From the NCBI GenBank assembly GCA_963668175.1, contig OY764159.1:2592001-2656000 (forward strand): DNA of 64,000 nt, read 5' to 3'. The notes below the pieces were generated by a model that made no database searches, had not been told where the DNA came from, and saw only the letters and a list, made by a program, of their open reading frames with translations. The position numbers were made by a program, and so were the translations under genes. Origin of the DNA: Syntrophales bacterium (GTDB lineage: Bacteria; Desulfobacterota; Syntrophia; Syntrophales; PHBD01). Positions 53,770 through 64,000 of this stretch are shown here, piece by piece (position 1 is the stretch's first letter; the number at the start of each line of letters is the position of its first letter).

Positions 53770-54504
53770 TCAATCCTCCGGCGGTTCGTCTTCATCCGCG
53801 AGCGGCAGGGCCTCCCGCTTTTCCGGCCCGGCTTCCTCCTTGACCGAATTGACGGAGTAGCTCAGGAAAGCGGGCTTCGGACTGAAGGCCAGGTCTGCGC
53901 GCTTCCTGAACCCGGCCACGTACTGCTTCTGGGCGTCTGTGTAATTTCCCTTGTCCTTCCACTGCGCGCAGGTATACGGGGTATCCTTGACGCTTTCCCA
54001 ATAGGCAATCTCGACGAAAGTTTTCTTGTAGGATGTGTTCGTGACCGATTCCATCAGCACGCACTTGGCCCTGCCCTTGACGCGGGCGACCCTCACGGCC
54101 TTCTCGTACTGTATATCGCCTACGGTCAGCATGTCGTAATCCAGGATATACTTCCCGTTTCTGTCGATTGCGGGTGTGTGCCAGTTCCAGTTCGGAGATA
54201 CCAGGGTTGCGATTTTGATGTAGAAGGCCCGGTAGGGCGCGCCCTCCTTTCGCTTGACTTCGTTCCAGTTGTAAAATTCATCCGATCTCCTGCCCGTGGC
54301 GGGAGGACCGCCGAACCTGCTCTGACTCGCCCCGCCGATCTCCTGCATCCCCACGTACTTGAATTCCTTCGACACCTCGATCTCCATCTTCGGGAACTCG
54401 GAGACGAAGCGGTTACCCGCGACTTCCCTTTGCGTCGCGCAGCCGGTGAGCATCACGGCGGCCGCAATCCCCAAACTCCACAACAATCGCCCTGAAAATG
54501 TCAT
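53770..54504 (-). CDS. Hypothetical lipoprotein
   Basis: LTGC lipobox. Confidence 0.7.
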   Translation of the reverse strand: MTFSGRLLWSLGIAAAVMLTGCATQREVAGNRFVSEFPKMEIEVSKEFKYVGMQEIGGASQSRFGGPPATGRRSDEFYNWNEVKRKEGAPYRAFYIKIATLVSPNWNWHTPAIDRNGKYILDYDMLTVGDIQYEKAVRVARVKGRAKCVLMESVTNTSYKKTFVEIAYWESVKDTPYTCAQWKDKGNYTDAQKQYVAGFRKRADLAFSPKPAFLSYSVNSVKEEAGPEKREALPLADEDEPPED

Positions 54505-54931
54505 AACCCCCCTTGTTTCAGTTTATGAAATACCGACGGACGCCGCAAGAAAAATACCGCTGCCCGGCCGTGCGGACGGTTCCGGCCGTGCCGACGCAAG
54601 CCCTTCCGTTTCTTAAAGAAACGATACTAAGTAAGGAATATTAATATAATATACATTAAATAACCATCTTTGTCAGTAAAAATTTATCCCGCCGCCATCC
54701 GTCCGGCGCCGTCATTCATAAGGCACAACCGATCGTACCGTACTGAATATCACGCGTTCCGTCTTCTCCGTGAGCGGCATGATCCTTGCTGATATCATCC
54801 ACGATGTCGTTGCCGGGGTCCGTTGTACGGTCCGGCAGGACGGACGGTAACCGGTGTACAGCCCGGCTGTGGGAGCCACGAGATCGGAAGGGGCACGGAT
54901 TCGAACGGACAGACAAGAAAGGTGGTGGAAT

Positions 54932-55339
54932 ATGTCGCTTTTAAAATGGAACGACAATTTAAGCGTCAAGATTGCGGCTATGGACAAAGAACATCAGAAA
55001 CTGATCGGCCTGATCAACGATCTGAACGACGCCATGGGACAGGGGAAGGGAAAAGACATCATCGGCAAGACCCTCGACGGGCTTTTGCTCTACACCAAGA
55101 CGCACTTTGCCGACGAGGAGAAGATGCTTACCGCGCACGCCTATCCCGAACTCGTCAAGCAGAAGAACATGCATGTGAAGTTCGTGGAAAAGGTCACCGA
55201 GTACAAACAGAAGTACGAATCCGGAAATACGGCGTTAAGCATCGCGGTGGTCGATTTCCTGTCGAACTGGCTCAAGAGCCATATCCAGGTCGAGGATAAA
55301 AAATACGGCGTGTATCTGAACGCGAAAGGCGTCAAATAG
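54932..55339 (+). CDS. Bacteriohemerythrin
   Basis: W...DKEHQKL, HFADEE, H..F, WLKSHI..ED.KY. Confidence 0.92.
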   Translation: MSLLKWNDNLSVKIAAMDKEHQKLIGLINDLNDAMGQGKGKDIIGKTLDGLLLYTKTHFADEEKMLTAHAYPELVKQKNMHVKFVEKVTEYKQKYESGNTALSIAVVDFLSNWLKSHIQVEDKKYGVYLNAKGVK

Positions 55340-55359
55340 GACAGGTCTCCCTCCGGCCG

Positions 55360-55794
55360 TTAGTCCGCCTGGCCGCGGCCGACGACGAATTTGCTCGTGA
55401 AGTACTTTTTGCGGATCGTTCCGGCCTCTTTTTCGACCCACCTGTCCAGGCCTACCTTCTTGATCCGGCCCAGGTTGTAGACCTTCATGTTGTGGGGATA
55501 GCGGGCGGCCTGGTCGGCGGTGGGGGCCAGGTAAGCGCAGGGAAAGTCCCCGCAGTCGCAGCAAAGGGCCACGCCTTTGGCCTTGACGCAGTCGAGCGTC
55601 GCGCAGCCTTCCTTCGGCAGATGGAAGTGGACGCCGTCCTCCGCGCTGCACCCCTTGCAGGGGACGGCCTCTTTCGGCACGCCCATCTTCGCGTGGACCC
55701 GCTCCACCATGTCGGGGCTTATGTTGTCCTCGTAAAGCTCGCAGTTGAAGCAGTCGAGCCCGCAAGGCGCCGTCAGGGCCTTCTTCTTTTCCAT
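55360..55794 (-). CDS. DUF3795-like Cys-rich protein
   Basis: APCGLDCFNC, CKGC, C...C...KG...CCDC..FPC; AAGGAGG RBS. Confidence 0.75.
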   Translation of the reverse strand: MEKKKALTAPCGLDCFNCELYEDNISPDMVERVHAKMGVPKEAVPCKGCSAEDGVHFHLPKEGCATLDCVKAKGVALCCDCGDFPCAYLAPTADQAARYPHNMKVYNLGRIKKVGLDRWVEKEAGTIRKKYFTSKFVVGRGQAD

Positions 55795-55808
55795 GATCGT
55801 GTCCTCCT

Positions 55809-56342
55809 TCATTTTGCGGCGGTCAGCCTTTCGTGAGGGTTGATGTAGAACATCCGCTCCCAGCCGTACCGCTCCGGTTTGTACAGCCACACATACGGGA
55901 TTTGCGTGATGATGGCGTAATGGAGATGAGGCGGCTTGCCGGCGGCGTTGCCCGTCGTCCCGACGGTGCCGACGACATCCCCGCGGGAGACATATTGTCC
56001 GCTCGCCGCCCGGACCTCTTGCAGGTGCGCGTAGTAGTGGATCCGCCATTTCGGACCGAAGACCGAAACGACGTTGCCGCCCTGGGAGAGCGTCCCGGCG
56101 TACAGGACGATTCCCGGCGTCGCCGCGACGACCGCCGTGCCTTCCTTCGCAAAGATGTCGATGCCCTTGTGAACGCCGGACGCGCCCCAGGGGTGCCAGA
56201 AGGAATCCCGGTTCCAGTCCGCCCTGGTCGCACCGAGGACCGGTATGGCGGGCTCTTCCGGCAGGAGGAACCCTCCGGCCAGGATAGCGGCCGCCAGAGC
56301 CGCGGCGGCGATCAGGTATGTTCTTTTCTTCCTGCGAGCCAT
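55809..56342 (-). CDS. M23 family metallopeptidase
   Basis: HKGIDIF, YYAHL, HLH. Confidence 0.9.
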   Translation of the reverse strand: MARRKKRTYLIAAAALAAAILAGGFLLPEEPAIPVLGATRADWNRDSFWHPWGASGVHKGIDIFAKEGTAVVAATPGIVLYAGTLSQGGNVVSVFGPKWRIHYYAHLQEVRAASGQYVSRGDVVGTVGTTGNAAGKPPHLHYAIITQIPYVWLYKPERYGWERMFYINPHERLTAAK

Positions 56343-56409
56343 AGGGATGCAAAGAGGTTCAGTGTCTGCGAAAGCGGCTCCAGCCGCCGCCGGCGTTCGT
56401 GTTCCGGCC

Positions 56410-56706
56410 TCACCTGATGCGCAGCGTCGGGCCGTAGAAGACCCAGCCGCTCCGGCCGTCCGACGTTTCGATATTCATCGCCATGTGGTTCTTCCCGTAT
56501 CGTATGCGCTTGATGACGGCCCTGTCGTTCGCCGAGACGGAGAACAGGGGCGCTTCTCTCTGCGGATAAGGCTCGCGGCTTGCGTAAACCGGCGTCTTCC
56601 CGACGATCTCGATTTCGTGTCTCCGGTCGTCCCAAAGATCGTAGGCATAAAGGCCTGCGCAGGCCGATAAGACGCCTGCCGAGGCGATGACGACTTTCTT
56701 TATCAT
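56410..56706 (-). CDS. Hypothetical exported protein (possible SH3-like tail)
   Basis: Signal-like N-terminus; IETSDGRSGWV. Confidence 0.5.
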   Translation of the reverse strand: MIKKVVIASAGVLSACAGLYAYDLWDDRRHEIEIVGKTPVYASREPYPQREAPLFSVSANDRAVIKRIRYGKNHMAMNIETSDGRSGWVFYGPTLRIR

Positions 56707-56934
56707 GTTTTCCATGGAATGCGTACCTGAATGAATGCCGACAGGGTGATCGGCCTCCCGTTCGTTCTTCGTGCAGGTGATCTTCTGTATAGATAATATA
56801 TGCACAGATAATCTATTGTCCGCGGCAAAGCAAACGATATTTTCAGCAAAAATCCGCACGATGGTGTCCCGGAGCAAGGGATGCCGCACATCCCGTTGTC
56901 CGGTCCGGATGGACGGAAATACGCGGCCAAAGGA

Positions 56935-57106
56935 TATCAAAATGAAAAAATGAATATCAATATGAAAAGAACGGTTTTCAATATGAAATTGTTATGAGAT
57001 TAATCGTAGTCCGTCCTACCGTCTATTAAACGGTTATCATTTGAATATCATAATAGTATCTCTCAGATGGCCAGGAGTGTGACCGGAAGCTGGCATGTAA
57101 TATGCT
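56935..57106 (+). promoter_or_regulatory. Sigma54 promoter with three tandem palindromic upstream sites
   Basis: TATCAAAATGAAA (56935), TATCAATATGAAA (56955), TTTCAATATGAAA (56976); TGGCATGTAATATGCT (57091-57106). Confidence 0.65.
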
Positions 57107-57237
57107 CTTTCTTTGATCAGCATGCGAGCGGAGAGATGGCGGCGACGATCTGCCTTGGGGCATGCGGGCGGAGGTATGTTGTGCTCAAACGGAAGCGGTT
57201 AAATACCAACAAGCAAGGATCCACTAAGGAGGCTATT

Positions 57238-57981
57238 ATGAAGAAAAGCGGCAGAATGATTATCGTGGCGTTTATCGCGGTCGCGTTGGCGGCGGCCTGG
57301 GGTCTTTATCCCGCATCGGTGTATGCCATGTCGGTGCAGGACCTGGACAACACGTGGGGCAAGCCGGTCATGACCGTAAAAACGGACAGCGGCCTGGAAA
57401 AAAGATATTACAAGCTGGGCAACACGATGTCGGATATGGGCTACCGGGTCTTTTCGATCAAGGGCGACGCCGTCACCGACGAGGGCCTGAGCGGCTCCCT
57501 TCCCGTTATCACGACGCCCGTGATCCCGGGACTGCCCGTCATGGCCGTGAGCCGGGATTACTGGGCCAATCATCCTACCCAGGCGGACTCCCTCGGCAAG
57601 CCGAACAGCACCAGGCATCTGCCCGACGGCTCGATGGAGCTGTTCTTCAAGTACGAGGGGGCCTCGGACATCGGCAACCGTTACTATCTCGTGAAGGACG
57701 GCAGGGTCGTCGCCTCCGGAACGACGGCGAGGGCGCTGACCGACCCGCAGGCAGTCGAACAGAAGGCGACACGAACCATCGAAGCGAGCGAATCCTACTA
57801 CAAGAACAATCCGATGACGCTTGAACAGGTCGAAGCGACGTGGGGCCAGCCGGTCCTCGTTCGGAAATTGAGCAACGGCGTGGAGGAGCGCCTCTACCGG
57901 TTCCAGAACACGCTCAGCCTGGGTTTCAGGTTCTTCCTGATTAAAGACGGTAAGGTCATCGCCAGCGGCACGGAAGGATAA
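57238..57981 (+). CDS. Secreted protein with three internal repeats (possible SmpA/BLIP-like)
   Basis: TAAGGAGG RBS; three (W/L)G.P...G.E..(Y/F)...G.R...K.G.V units. Confidence 0.75.
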   Translation: MKKSGRMIIVAFIAVALAAAWGLYPASVYAMSVQDLDNTWGKPVMTVKTDSGLEKRYYKLGNTMSDMGYRVFSIKGDAVTDEGLSGSLPVITTPVIPGLPVMAVSRDYWANHPTQADSLGKPNSTRHLPDGSMELFFKYEGASDIGNRYYLVKDGRVVASGTTARALTDPQAVEQKATRTIEASESYYKNNPMTLEQVEATWGQPVLVRKLSNGVEERLYRFQNTLSLGFRFFLIKDGKVIASGTEG

Positions 57982-58005
57982 CGACGGCTGCATGGCGGAA
58001 CAGAG

Positions 58006-58042
58006 ACTGCCCGGTCCGCAGAGGTCCGGGCAGTTTTTTTTT
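58006..58042 (+). terminator. Rho-independent terminator
   Basis: ACTGCCCGG...CCGGGCAG followed by a T run. Confidence 0.8.
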
Positions 58043-58059
58043 GCCCGAATCGGCGGCGC

Positions 58060-58605
58060 TCAGTCGCTCCGCGATTTGCGTTTACTCCTGCGTGCGGCCC
58101 ACACGGCGAAGCACAGCGACGGGACGACGACCCAGATAAATTCGCTCGCCATGACGGCCAGCCCCCGGGCCGAGAACAAGCGGCGGGGGGAAAGCGGCGA
58201 CACCTCGATGGGCCGGAACGGGAGGAAGAACCTTTCGTCGGAAAACGGCGAGAAGAAGGCGACGCCGAGGCCGCCGTTCGTCATGGCGTCCAGGATATCG
58301 TGGAGGAGGCCGCAGAGAAGGAAAACGGAAAAAAGCCGGAGCCGTTCATTCCGGGATAGGTCATGGCGGAGCATGCAAAGGGACGCCGCGAAAGCGGCGA
58401 TCGCGGCAAAGAAGATGCCGTGGAAAAAACCCCGGTGGCCGAGCCAGTGGCCGTAGGGGATGCCGAACCGAAAGCCCAGCGAGTCGATGTCGGGCGCGAC
58501 GGAGCAGAGGACGCAAAGGAGGAACACCCCGGCTGCGTAAGGCTTCGACCGGAAGTACGAACCCGCGGCGATCCCTGCGATGCTGTGTCCGATGACGGTG
58601 GGCAA
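58060..58605 (-). CDS. Membrane-bound metal-dependent hydrolase (YdjM family)
   Basis: GHS, PDID, HRGFFHG, HDILDA.T.GG.G; TTG start. Confidence 0.85.
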   Translation of the reverse strand: MPTVIGHSIAGIAAGSYFRSKPYAAGVFLLCVLCSVAPDIDSLGFRFGIPYGHWLGHRGFFHGIFFAAIAAFAASLCMLRHDLSRNERLRLFSVFLLCGLLHDILDAMTNGGLGVAFFSPFSDERFFLPFRPIEVSPLSPRRLFSARGLAVMASEFIWVVVPSLCFAVWAARRSKRKSRSD

Positions 58606-58632
58606 GGATATTCCTTTATCGCCTGCGCGGCG

Positions 58633-59436
58633 TCAGGAGCCGAATTTGCCGTAACGCTGAAAGTCCGAGAAATACAGGACGATGGTCTTTCCGCCGGCCT
58701 GCGTCGGGAAATAAAGCTCGTAGTACCCTTTGTTGTAATTGAAGCGATCGTTTTTCTCCCGGCCGTTGAAAACGCTGTCCAGGTATGACCGGTCTTCATG
58801 CGACGCGGAGAATATGAATTGATGTTTTGCCACATCTTTATCCTTTGCGGGGTATTCACGGGCTTGAAAACCCAAAAATACTCTTTTCCCGTCAATGTTG
58901 TCGGGCAGGATGAGAACGACTTCCGGGAAATGCTTGTCCGTCTTTTTGATGACGTTCAATACGGCTCCCGCTTTCAAGGCATACTCTTTTGAGAATTCGT
59001 ACCTGGCGAGGGCGGCCAGCTCCGCCTGATTCTCGGCGATGAGCGACCGGGCCGCCTGGACGAGAATGTCCTTTCGCAGTTCGGCGGTGACCATATCGCC
59101 GGCGAAAAGAGTGCCGCATATGATCGGGAACGACAGGGCGGCGGCAATGATCCTGAACTTGGAGACTTTACGGACCGCAGATACGGCATCCGCTTTCTTT
59201 TCCGCGATGACGCCCGAAATCTTCGACAGATTGGACATGATGTTCAAAACCATGGCCCCGCCGAGAACGGCGAATATGCCCAATACGCTCAGATAGAATA
59301 TCTGGGTGATATGTTCCCGGAAGATTTTCAGATCGAATGTGGTGATGACGAGGAAGATAAAGACCCAGTAAAACAAGGCGACAGTCGCCAGCAGCGCGAC
59401 CCTGTTGGTGAGCCTGATGATGCGGTCGTGGTTCAT
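58633..59436 (-). CDS. Hypothetical membrane protein
   Basis: Three N-terminal TM helices then a soluble domain; GGGAGG RBS. Confidence 0.7.
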   Translation of the reverse strand: MNHDRIIRLTNRVALLATVALFYWVFIFLVITTFDLKIFREHITQIFYLSVLGIFAVLGGAMVLNIMSNLSKISGVIAEKKADAVSAVRKVSKFRIIAAALSFPIICGTLFAGDMVTAELRKDILVQAARSLIAENQAELAALARYEFSKEYALKAGAVLNVIKKTDKHFPEVVLILPDNIDGKRVFLGFQAREYPAKDKDVAKHQFIFSASHEDRSYLDSVFNGREKNDRFNYNKGYYELYFPTQAGGKTIVLYFSDFQRYGKFGS

Positions 59437-59572
59437 GTCGGGCCTCCCTCTTATCCTGAGATACCAGTTGAATTGCAGATGCATCGGGGAAACGGACGCG
59501 CCGACGGCGGTCGGAGGGCGGGGCAGATGAATGCGCCTGCGGGAGAAAACGACGCATGTCCTTCCCGGCCGG

Positions 59573-59908
59573 TCACTTCAGGTTGCCGGGGAGGTAGTCT
59601 TCCCGGAGGGGGGAGAAGGTCTCCGTGGCGACGGAGTCTTCGAGGATCTCGGCCTGGTGTTCGACGTGGCCCGGGATGCACCAGCTGTCGCCCGGGGAGG
59701 CGTCGAAGGTCTCGTCCCCGACGGTCAGGCGGAGGCGCCCCGATACGAGGTAGCCCGTCTGCTCGTAGAGATGGGCGTGCCGGGGCAGCACGTTCCCCTT
59801 CTTCAGGCGGAATTCCGCGAGGAGCGTCTTGTCGCCCCAGGCGAGGGCCTTGATCCTGACGCCGGGAACGACCTCCACAAATCCTTCGTCGTTCTTCCTG
59901 TAAAACAT
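59573..59908 (-). CDS. Cupin domain protein
   Basis: HAHLYEQ, GDSWCIPG.VEH; start 59908. Confidence 0.85.
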   Translation of the reverse strand: MFYRKNDEGFVEVVPGVRIKALAWGDKTLLAEFRLKKGNVLPRHAHLYEQTGYLVSGRLRLTVGDETFDASPGDSWCIPGHVEHQAEILEDSVATETFSPLREDYLPGNLK

Positions 59909-59976
59909 GATGCTTTCCTTTCCGGGCATGCGGCGCTTCGTCCTTCGCCCATCGGTTTCGTCTTGAAAATGCCGGT

Positions 59977-62025
59977 TCAGCCGTCGAGGACTTCCCGGAG
60001 CTTCCGGGAGAGGTCCCGTACGTGGAACGGCTTCTGCATAAATCCCCTGCAGCCGCGGTCCATGATCCGCTGGGCCTGCGTGTTGATGGTGTAGCCGCTC
60101 GACAGGAGGACCCGGACCTCCGGATCGATCTCGCGCAGGCGGTCGAAGGTCTCCTCGCCGGAAATTCCGGGCATGATCAGGTCGAGGATGACGAGATCGA
60201 TCTTGTCTTTCTTTTCCGCATAGGTGGCCACGGCCTCCTGGCCGCTGCCGGCCACGTAGACGCGGTAGCCCAGCGTCTCCAGCATGTCCTTGCTCACTTC
60301 GAGCACGCTCTTCTCGTCGTCCACGACGAGGACCGTCTCGGAACCCTTCACGGGTTCCGCAGTGACGACCTTCTCTCTCACGATCTCTTTCCGGGAGGCG
60401 GGCAGGTAGATGCTGAACGTCGCGCCCTGGCCGGGTTCGCTGTAGACGTTGATGACGCCCTCGTGGCCCGTGACGATGCCGTAGACCATCGCGAGTCCCA
60501 GCCCCGTCCCCTTGCCCATCTCCTTCGTCGTGAAGAAGGGGTCGAAGATGCGTTCCTTCGTCTTGCCGTCCATGCCGACGCCCGTGTCGGTGACGGATAT
60601 CCTCACGTACCGGCCGGGCTTGACCTTGAAATGCGCCACATCGCCTTCGGTCATATCGACGTTCCGGGTTTCGAGGTAGAGTTCCCCGCCCGCCGGCATG
60701 GCCTGCCAAGCGTTTACGTACAGGTTCATGAGGACCTGTTCGATCTGACCCTGGTCCACCTCGACGGTGGCGATGTCCCTGGCGAACTTGGTATGGATGG
60801 TGATCTCTTTTTTCGTCCTGCCGAACATGGCGGCGGTCTTGTCGATGACGTCGTTGATGTTGACGGGTTTGATCTCGTAGCGGCCGCCCCGGGCGAAACC
60901 GAGGAGGCGCTTGGTCAGATCGGCGCCGCTGACGACCTGTTTTTCGATCTGGAGGAGCCGCTCGTGGTGGGGATGCAGATGGTCCATATCGAGACGCATC
61001 AGGGAGACGTTGCCCAGGATCGCCATGAGGAGATTGTTGAAGTCGTGGGCGATGCCCCCGGCCAGCGTGCCGATGGCCTCCATCTTCTGGGCCTGCTGGA
61101 GCTGCCCCTTCAGCTTTTCCCTTTCTTCCTCCTCTTTGTGGTGCTCCGTCATGTCCCGGGCGATACCCCGGAAGCCCGTTATTTTACCGTCGTTGTTCCG
61201 TATCAGCGAGGCCGACACTTCCAGGTGGCGGACCTCGCCGTCCCGGCGGAATATCTCGTAGTCGATGACCTTCACCGGGGCGCCGGTCGTGAACATGGCG
61301 TTGAACGCCCTGTATATTTTGCTCAGGGATTCGGGCGAGCAGTATGTCTTGTTGCTCATGCCCAAGAGGTCTTCCCGCGGGTAGTCGAATATCCGGCGGA
61401 GGGGCTCGTTGAAGAAGGTCAGGCGGCCGGCGGTGTCGACTTCGAAGTAGCCGTCCTCGATATTTTCGATGATGCTCCGGTAGCGCTCCTCGCTTTGTTT
61501 GAGCGACTCCCTGGCCCGTATGCGCTCGGAGATGTCGGAGTATATCCCCTGGAGATAGGTTCTGCCCTGGAGCTGGAAGGCCACGGCCGTCGATTCGACG
61601 TTGACGATGTTGCCGGCGACGTCGATAAGGCGGTGCTCACGGACCGGCAGGGTCACGTGGTTCCTGTCGATCTCGCCGGTTTTGGCGGAAGCGTTCCTGA
61701 AAGCGGTTTCGATCCGCGCCGCCGAACCCTCGCGATCGTCGGGGTGGACGAATTCGAGGTAGGTGCGCCCCACGATCTCTTCGGGGCCCTTGGCGCCCAG
61801 GAGGGCCGTCATGGCCGTATTGACCATCTGGATCGTGCCGCCGTATTCGTAGATGAGGATGCCCTGGGTGGATGTTTCGAAAAGGGAGCGGTACTTCTCT
61901 TCGTTTTCGGCAAAGAGGCCGCCGCAGTCGCCGGCCGCGGCGAGCTGCGACGAAAGATCGGCCAGGCGCTTGCGGAGAGCGGTCACTTCTGCGGCAAGCT
62001 CTTCCGGGGTCTTGGCGTCGTCCAT
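59977..62025 (-). CDS. Cytoplasmic hybrid histidine kinase (2 PAS, CckA-like)
   Basis: QKMEAIGTLAGGIAHDFNN, NAWQAM, FDPFFTTK, GTGLGL, receiver domain. Confidence 0.92.
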   Translation of the reverse strand: MDDAKTPEELAAEVTALRKRLADLSSQLAAAGDCGGLFAENEEKYRSLFETSTQGILIYEYGGTIQMVNTAMTALLGAKGPEEIVGRTYLEFVHPDDREGSAARIETAFRNASAKTGEIDRNHVTLPVREHRLIDVAGNIVNVESTAVAFQLQGRTYLQGIYSDISERIRARESLKQSEERYRSIIENIEDGYFEVDTAGRLTFFNEPLRRIFDYPREDLLGMSNKTYCSPESLSKIYRAFNAMFTTGAPVKVIDYEIFRRDGEVRHLEVSASLIRNNDGKITGFRGIARDMTEHHKEEEEREKLKGQLQQAQKMEAIGTLAGGIAHDFNNLLMAILGNVSLMRLDMDHLHPHHERLLQIEKQVVSGADLTKRLLGFARGGRYEIKPVNINDVIDKTAAMFGRTKKEITIHTKFARDIATVEVDQGQIEQVLMNLYVNAWQAMPAGGELYLETRNVDMTEGDVAHFKVKPGRYVRISVTDTGVGMDGKTKERIFDPFFTTKEMGKGTGLGLAMVYGIVTGHEGVINVYSEPGQGATFSIYLPASRKEIVREKVVTAEPVKGSETVLVVDDEKSVLEVSKDMLETLGYRVYVAGSGQEAVATYAEKKDKIDLVILDLIMPGISGEETFDRLREIDPEVRVLLSSGYTINTQAQRIMDRGCRGFMQKPFHVRDLSRKLREVLDG

Positions 62026-62408
62026 ACGAGGCCCTTTCTTCGACGCGTCATGTCGTTACTGTAACGTATAGCGTGCGTCCGGCCGCCAACGCCGCCCGCG
62101 AAGCAGGCGCCGCTGTTGCGTCCGGGCCCTGTCGTTTCCTGATGCGGGCAAACTAGCACAATTCCCGGCGGAATGCTTGTATTTTATTGTAAAACTCCCG
62201 TATCGGCCTTCGTTGGGGAAGACGGCGGGGAGGGGGTGCCGCGCCGTTTCCGGGCGACGTCGCACCGTTCAGGCCGGGGTTGCGCGCGGATACGATATTC
62301 TCGGGTGTCTCAGGGACTTGCCGGATATTTCCGCTTTGTCCGCAGTTTTCTGCGGGGCATTGTACGCCCCGGCTTCCGCCATGTCACCGTCAGAAAAGGC
62401 GGCAGTGC

Positions 62409-62506
62409 TGTCGGAAAACCTGACGCTATTTGCCTGGCGGCGCTGCCGGAGAATTGTATAAAAATGAATAATATCTTATAGTAACGTTTATGGCACCTGT
62501 TTTGCA
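62409..62506 (+). promoter_or_regulatory. Sigma54 promoter plus upstream 17-bp box
   Basis: TGTCGGAAAACCTGACG (62409-62425); TGGCACCTGTTTTGCA (62491-62506). Confidence 0.7.
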
Positions 62507-62676
62507 AATATGTGCAACGCGAACTGGAAGCTCAGACGCCGAATAGCGTTTTCTTATAAATTTTTACCGTCCGCATGGAGGGTCGAACCGCCGGCGAATG
62601 CATGCTCCGTCCGCAGGCGGACGAAAGAGGATGAAGATTCGGAAACGACCGTTCCGGCGAGACCGGGAGAGGAACT

Positions 62677-63288
62677 ATGAAAGCTGTCTTTAAATTATTT
62701 ATCTTCGCTTCGTGCGTGATTCTGACGTTCATCGCCGCCGCGGGTCAGGCGGCGCTGGACATGGACCGCTTCGACGAATTCATCGGGGCGCTTACAGCTG
62801 TCGGCGGCGACGTCGAAAAGCATGTCGACATTGCGCAGCCCCGGGGCAGCTTCGAGCCGACCCCTCTTATAGAGAAAGAGCCGGTGCAAACCGACACTGC
62901 GGGTGCTGCGAATCAGACCCCGTCGAATCCCCGCGATGTTTCCCCTCCGCCTGGCGGTCAGGCCGTTCCCGTCAAACGGAGCGCCGAAGGACCGGCCGTC
63001 CGGCTGGCCAACGCCGTTTATACGTCCGGCGAGGAAAGCGAGTTCAGGGGTTTCTTCTCTTCCGACGACGATTTCCTCTATGCCGACGGCAATCCCTACA
63101 AGCCCGAAGGGCAGAGTGGCTGGACAGGTCCCGGCAAGATCGTCTATACGGCGGATCCGCCCGGCGGCGATCCCGGCCCCGCAACGGCGGGAGCGCCCGC
63201 GGCTCAGGTCCCCGAACCCGGGACGATGACGCTTCTCGGGCTGGCCGTGGCCGGCGCAGCGGCGATGCGGAAAAAGTCCATGAGGTGA
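62677..63288 (+). CDS. PEP-CTERM sorting domain protein
   Basis: Signal peptide; VPEPGT + TM + RKKSMR. Confidence 0.85.
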   Translation: MKAVFKLFIFASCVILTFIAAAGQAALDMDRFDEFIGALTAVGGDVEKHVDIAQPRGSFEPTPLIEKEPVQTDTAGAANQTPSNPRDVSPPPGGQAVPVKRSAEGPAVRLANAVYTSGEESEFRGFFSSDDDFLYADGNPYKPEGQSGWTGPGKIVYTADPPGGDPGPATAGAPAAQVPEPGTMTLLGLAVAGAAAMRKKSMR

Positions 63289-63322
63289 GTCCTCATGGAC
63301 AGACTGCTAAAGTTGATTGTCG

Positions 63323-63362
63323 GGAGAGGGCGGGGCCACGAAGGCCCCGCTCTCTCCGTTTT
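63323..63362 (+). terminator. Rho-independent terminator
   Basis: GGAGAGGGCGGGGCC/GGCCCCGCTCTCTCC-GTTTT. Confidence 0.7.
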
Positions 63363-63560
63363 CAGGGAAGGCGGCGGCTTGGCGCCTTAAGCCTTCCGAT
63401 TCCCAGGCATGATGGTTTGCGGCGGCATATCCCCGGCATTTCCCCGGAGGATCGGCAGAACGATCTTCATGCGGAGATCGCTCTCTCGCCGCCCGGCAAT
63501 ATTCTTTTCAGATCATTCCGGTTGTCCGGGTCCCGCTCGTCCCGGCGCATGCACCCGGCG

Positions 63561-64000
63561 TTATTTTCCCGTCACCTTCCCGATGGGGAAGTCGTTGGCC
63601 CCCGTCTCGATCATGGGGTTCTGCTGGCGCTTAAAGACCTCCTCGGAAAGCGTCATCACGCGCTCTTCCGTGTGGAGGGCGAGGCCCTTCACCGTGATGA
63701 AGCCGTCCTTCTTGAAGTCCGCCTTGCCCTGGAGCCCCTCCAGCAGCACGTACGTGAAGAGTCCGTGGCCCTTGTAGCCTTCGAGGGCCTGCTGGCTGTC
63801 GGACGAGGCCGAGAAGACCGACGAGCCGACGGCGCGATAGAGGAGCTTGACTGCGGTTGCGTCCGTCAGGCCCCGTGTCTGCGTGAGAAGCGCGAGCTGT
63901 ATCTCCTTGCCGCCCTTGCCGGCGTTGCAGGTGTCGAGGATGACGACCTTCTTCTGGGCCGGGATGCCGCCGATGAGGGCGGCCAGTTCCTTCTGGCCGA
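63561..64000 (-). CDS. Caspase-like (peptidase C14) domain protein, 5' end outside window
   Basis: Manual translation: KVVILDTCNAG...SASSDSQQALE...GHGLFTYVLLEGL.GKAD...DG.IT...QNP. Confidence 0.8.
   Translation of the reverse strand, partial: GQKELAALIGGIPAQKKVVILDTCNAGKGGKEIQLALLTQTRGLTDATAVKLLYRAVGSSVFSASSDSQQALEGYKGHGLFTYVLLEGLQGKADFKKDGFITVKGLALHTEERVMTLSEEVFKRQQNPMIETGANDFPIGKVTGK

Noticed and set aside
63276..63300. Perfect 10-bp inverted repeat over a PEP-CTERM stop codon
   Set aside because: Single copy; probably an mRNA 3' hairpin with no further support.

Overview
GC-rich chromosomal window, probably from an anaerobic Desulfobacterota/Syntrophales-like bacterium (inferred from the gene mix). 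Core genes: pyruvate:ferredoxin oxidoreductase, type III glutamine synthetase, ornithine decarboxylase plus a deoxyhypusine-synthase-like gene, two Tat-exported flavocytochrome-type FAD proteins (one paired with a 7-heme cytochrome c), two hybrid histidine kinases, transporters and four PEP-CTERM genes sharing a sigma54 promoter architecture. No rRNA, tRNA, CRISPR array, integrase or transposase was recognised. Best leads: (1) integrase-less, integron-like arrays of AT-rich cassettes at 12-27.7 kb, separated by a GGGGACA/TGTCCCC inverted-repeat family and headed by a duplicated sigma70 promoter block; (2) a YeeE/YedE transporter with an in-frame TGA at a conserved Cys and a SECIS-like hairpin (probable selenoprotein); (3) ~20-nt C-run/G-run micro-hairpins inserted inside other repeats; (4) orphan copies of the 3' end of a CsgG/FlgO-like gene alternating with AT-rich cargo. 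All calls come from reading the sequence by eye; no database searches were run.
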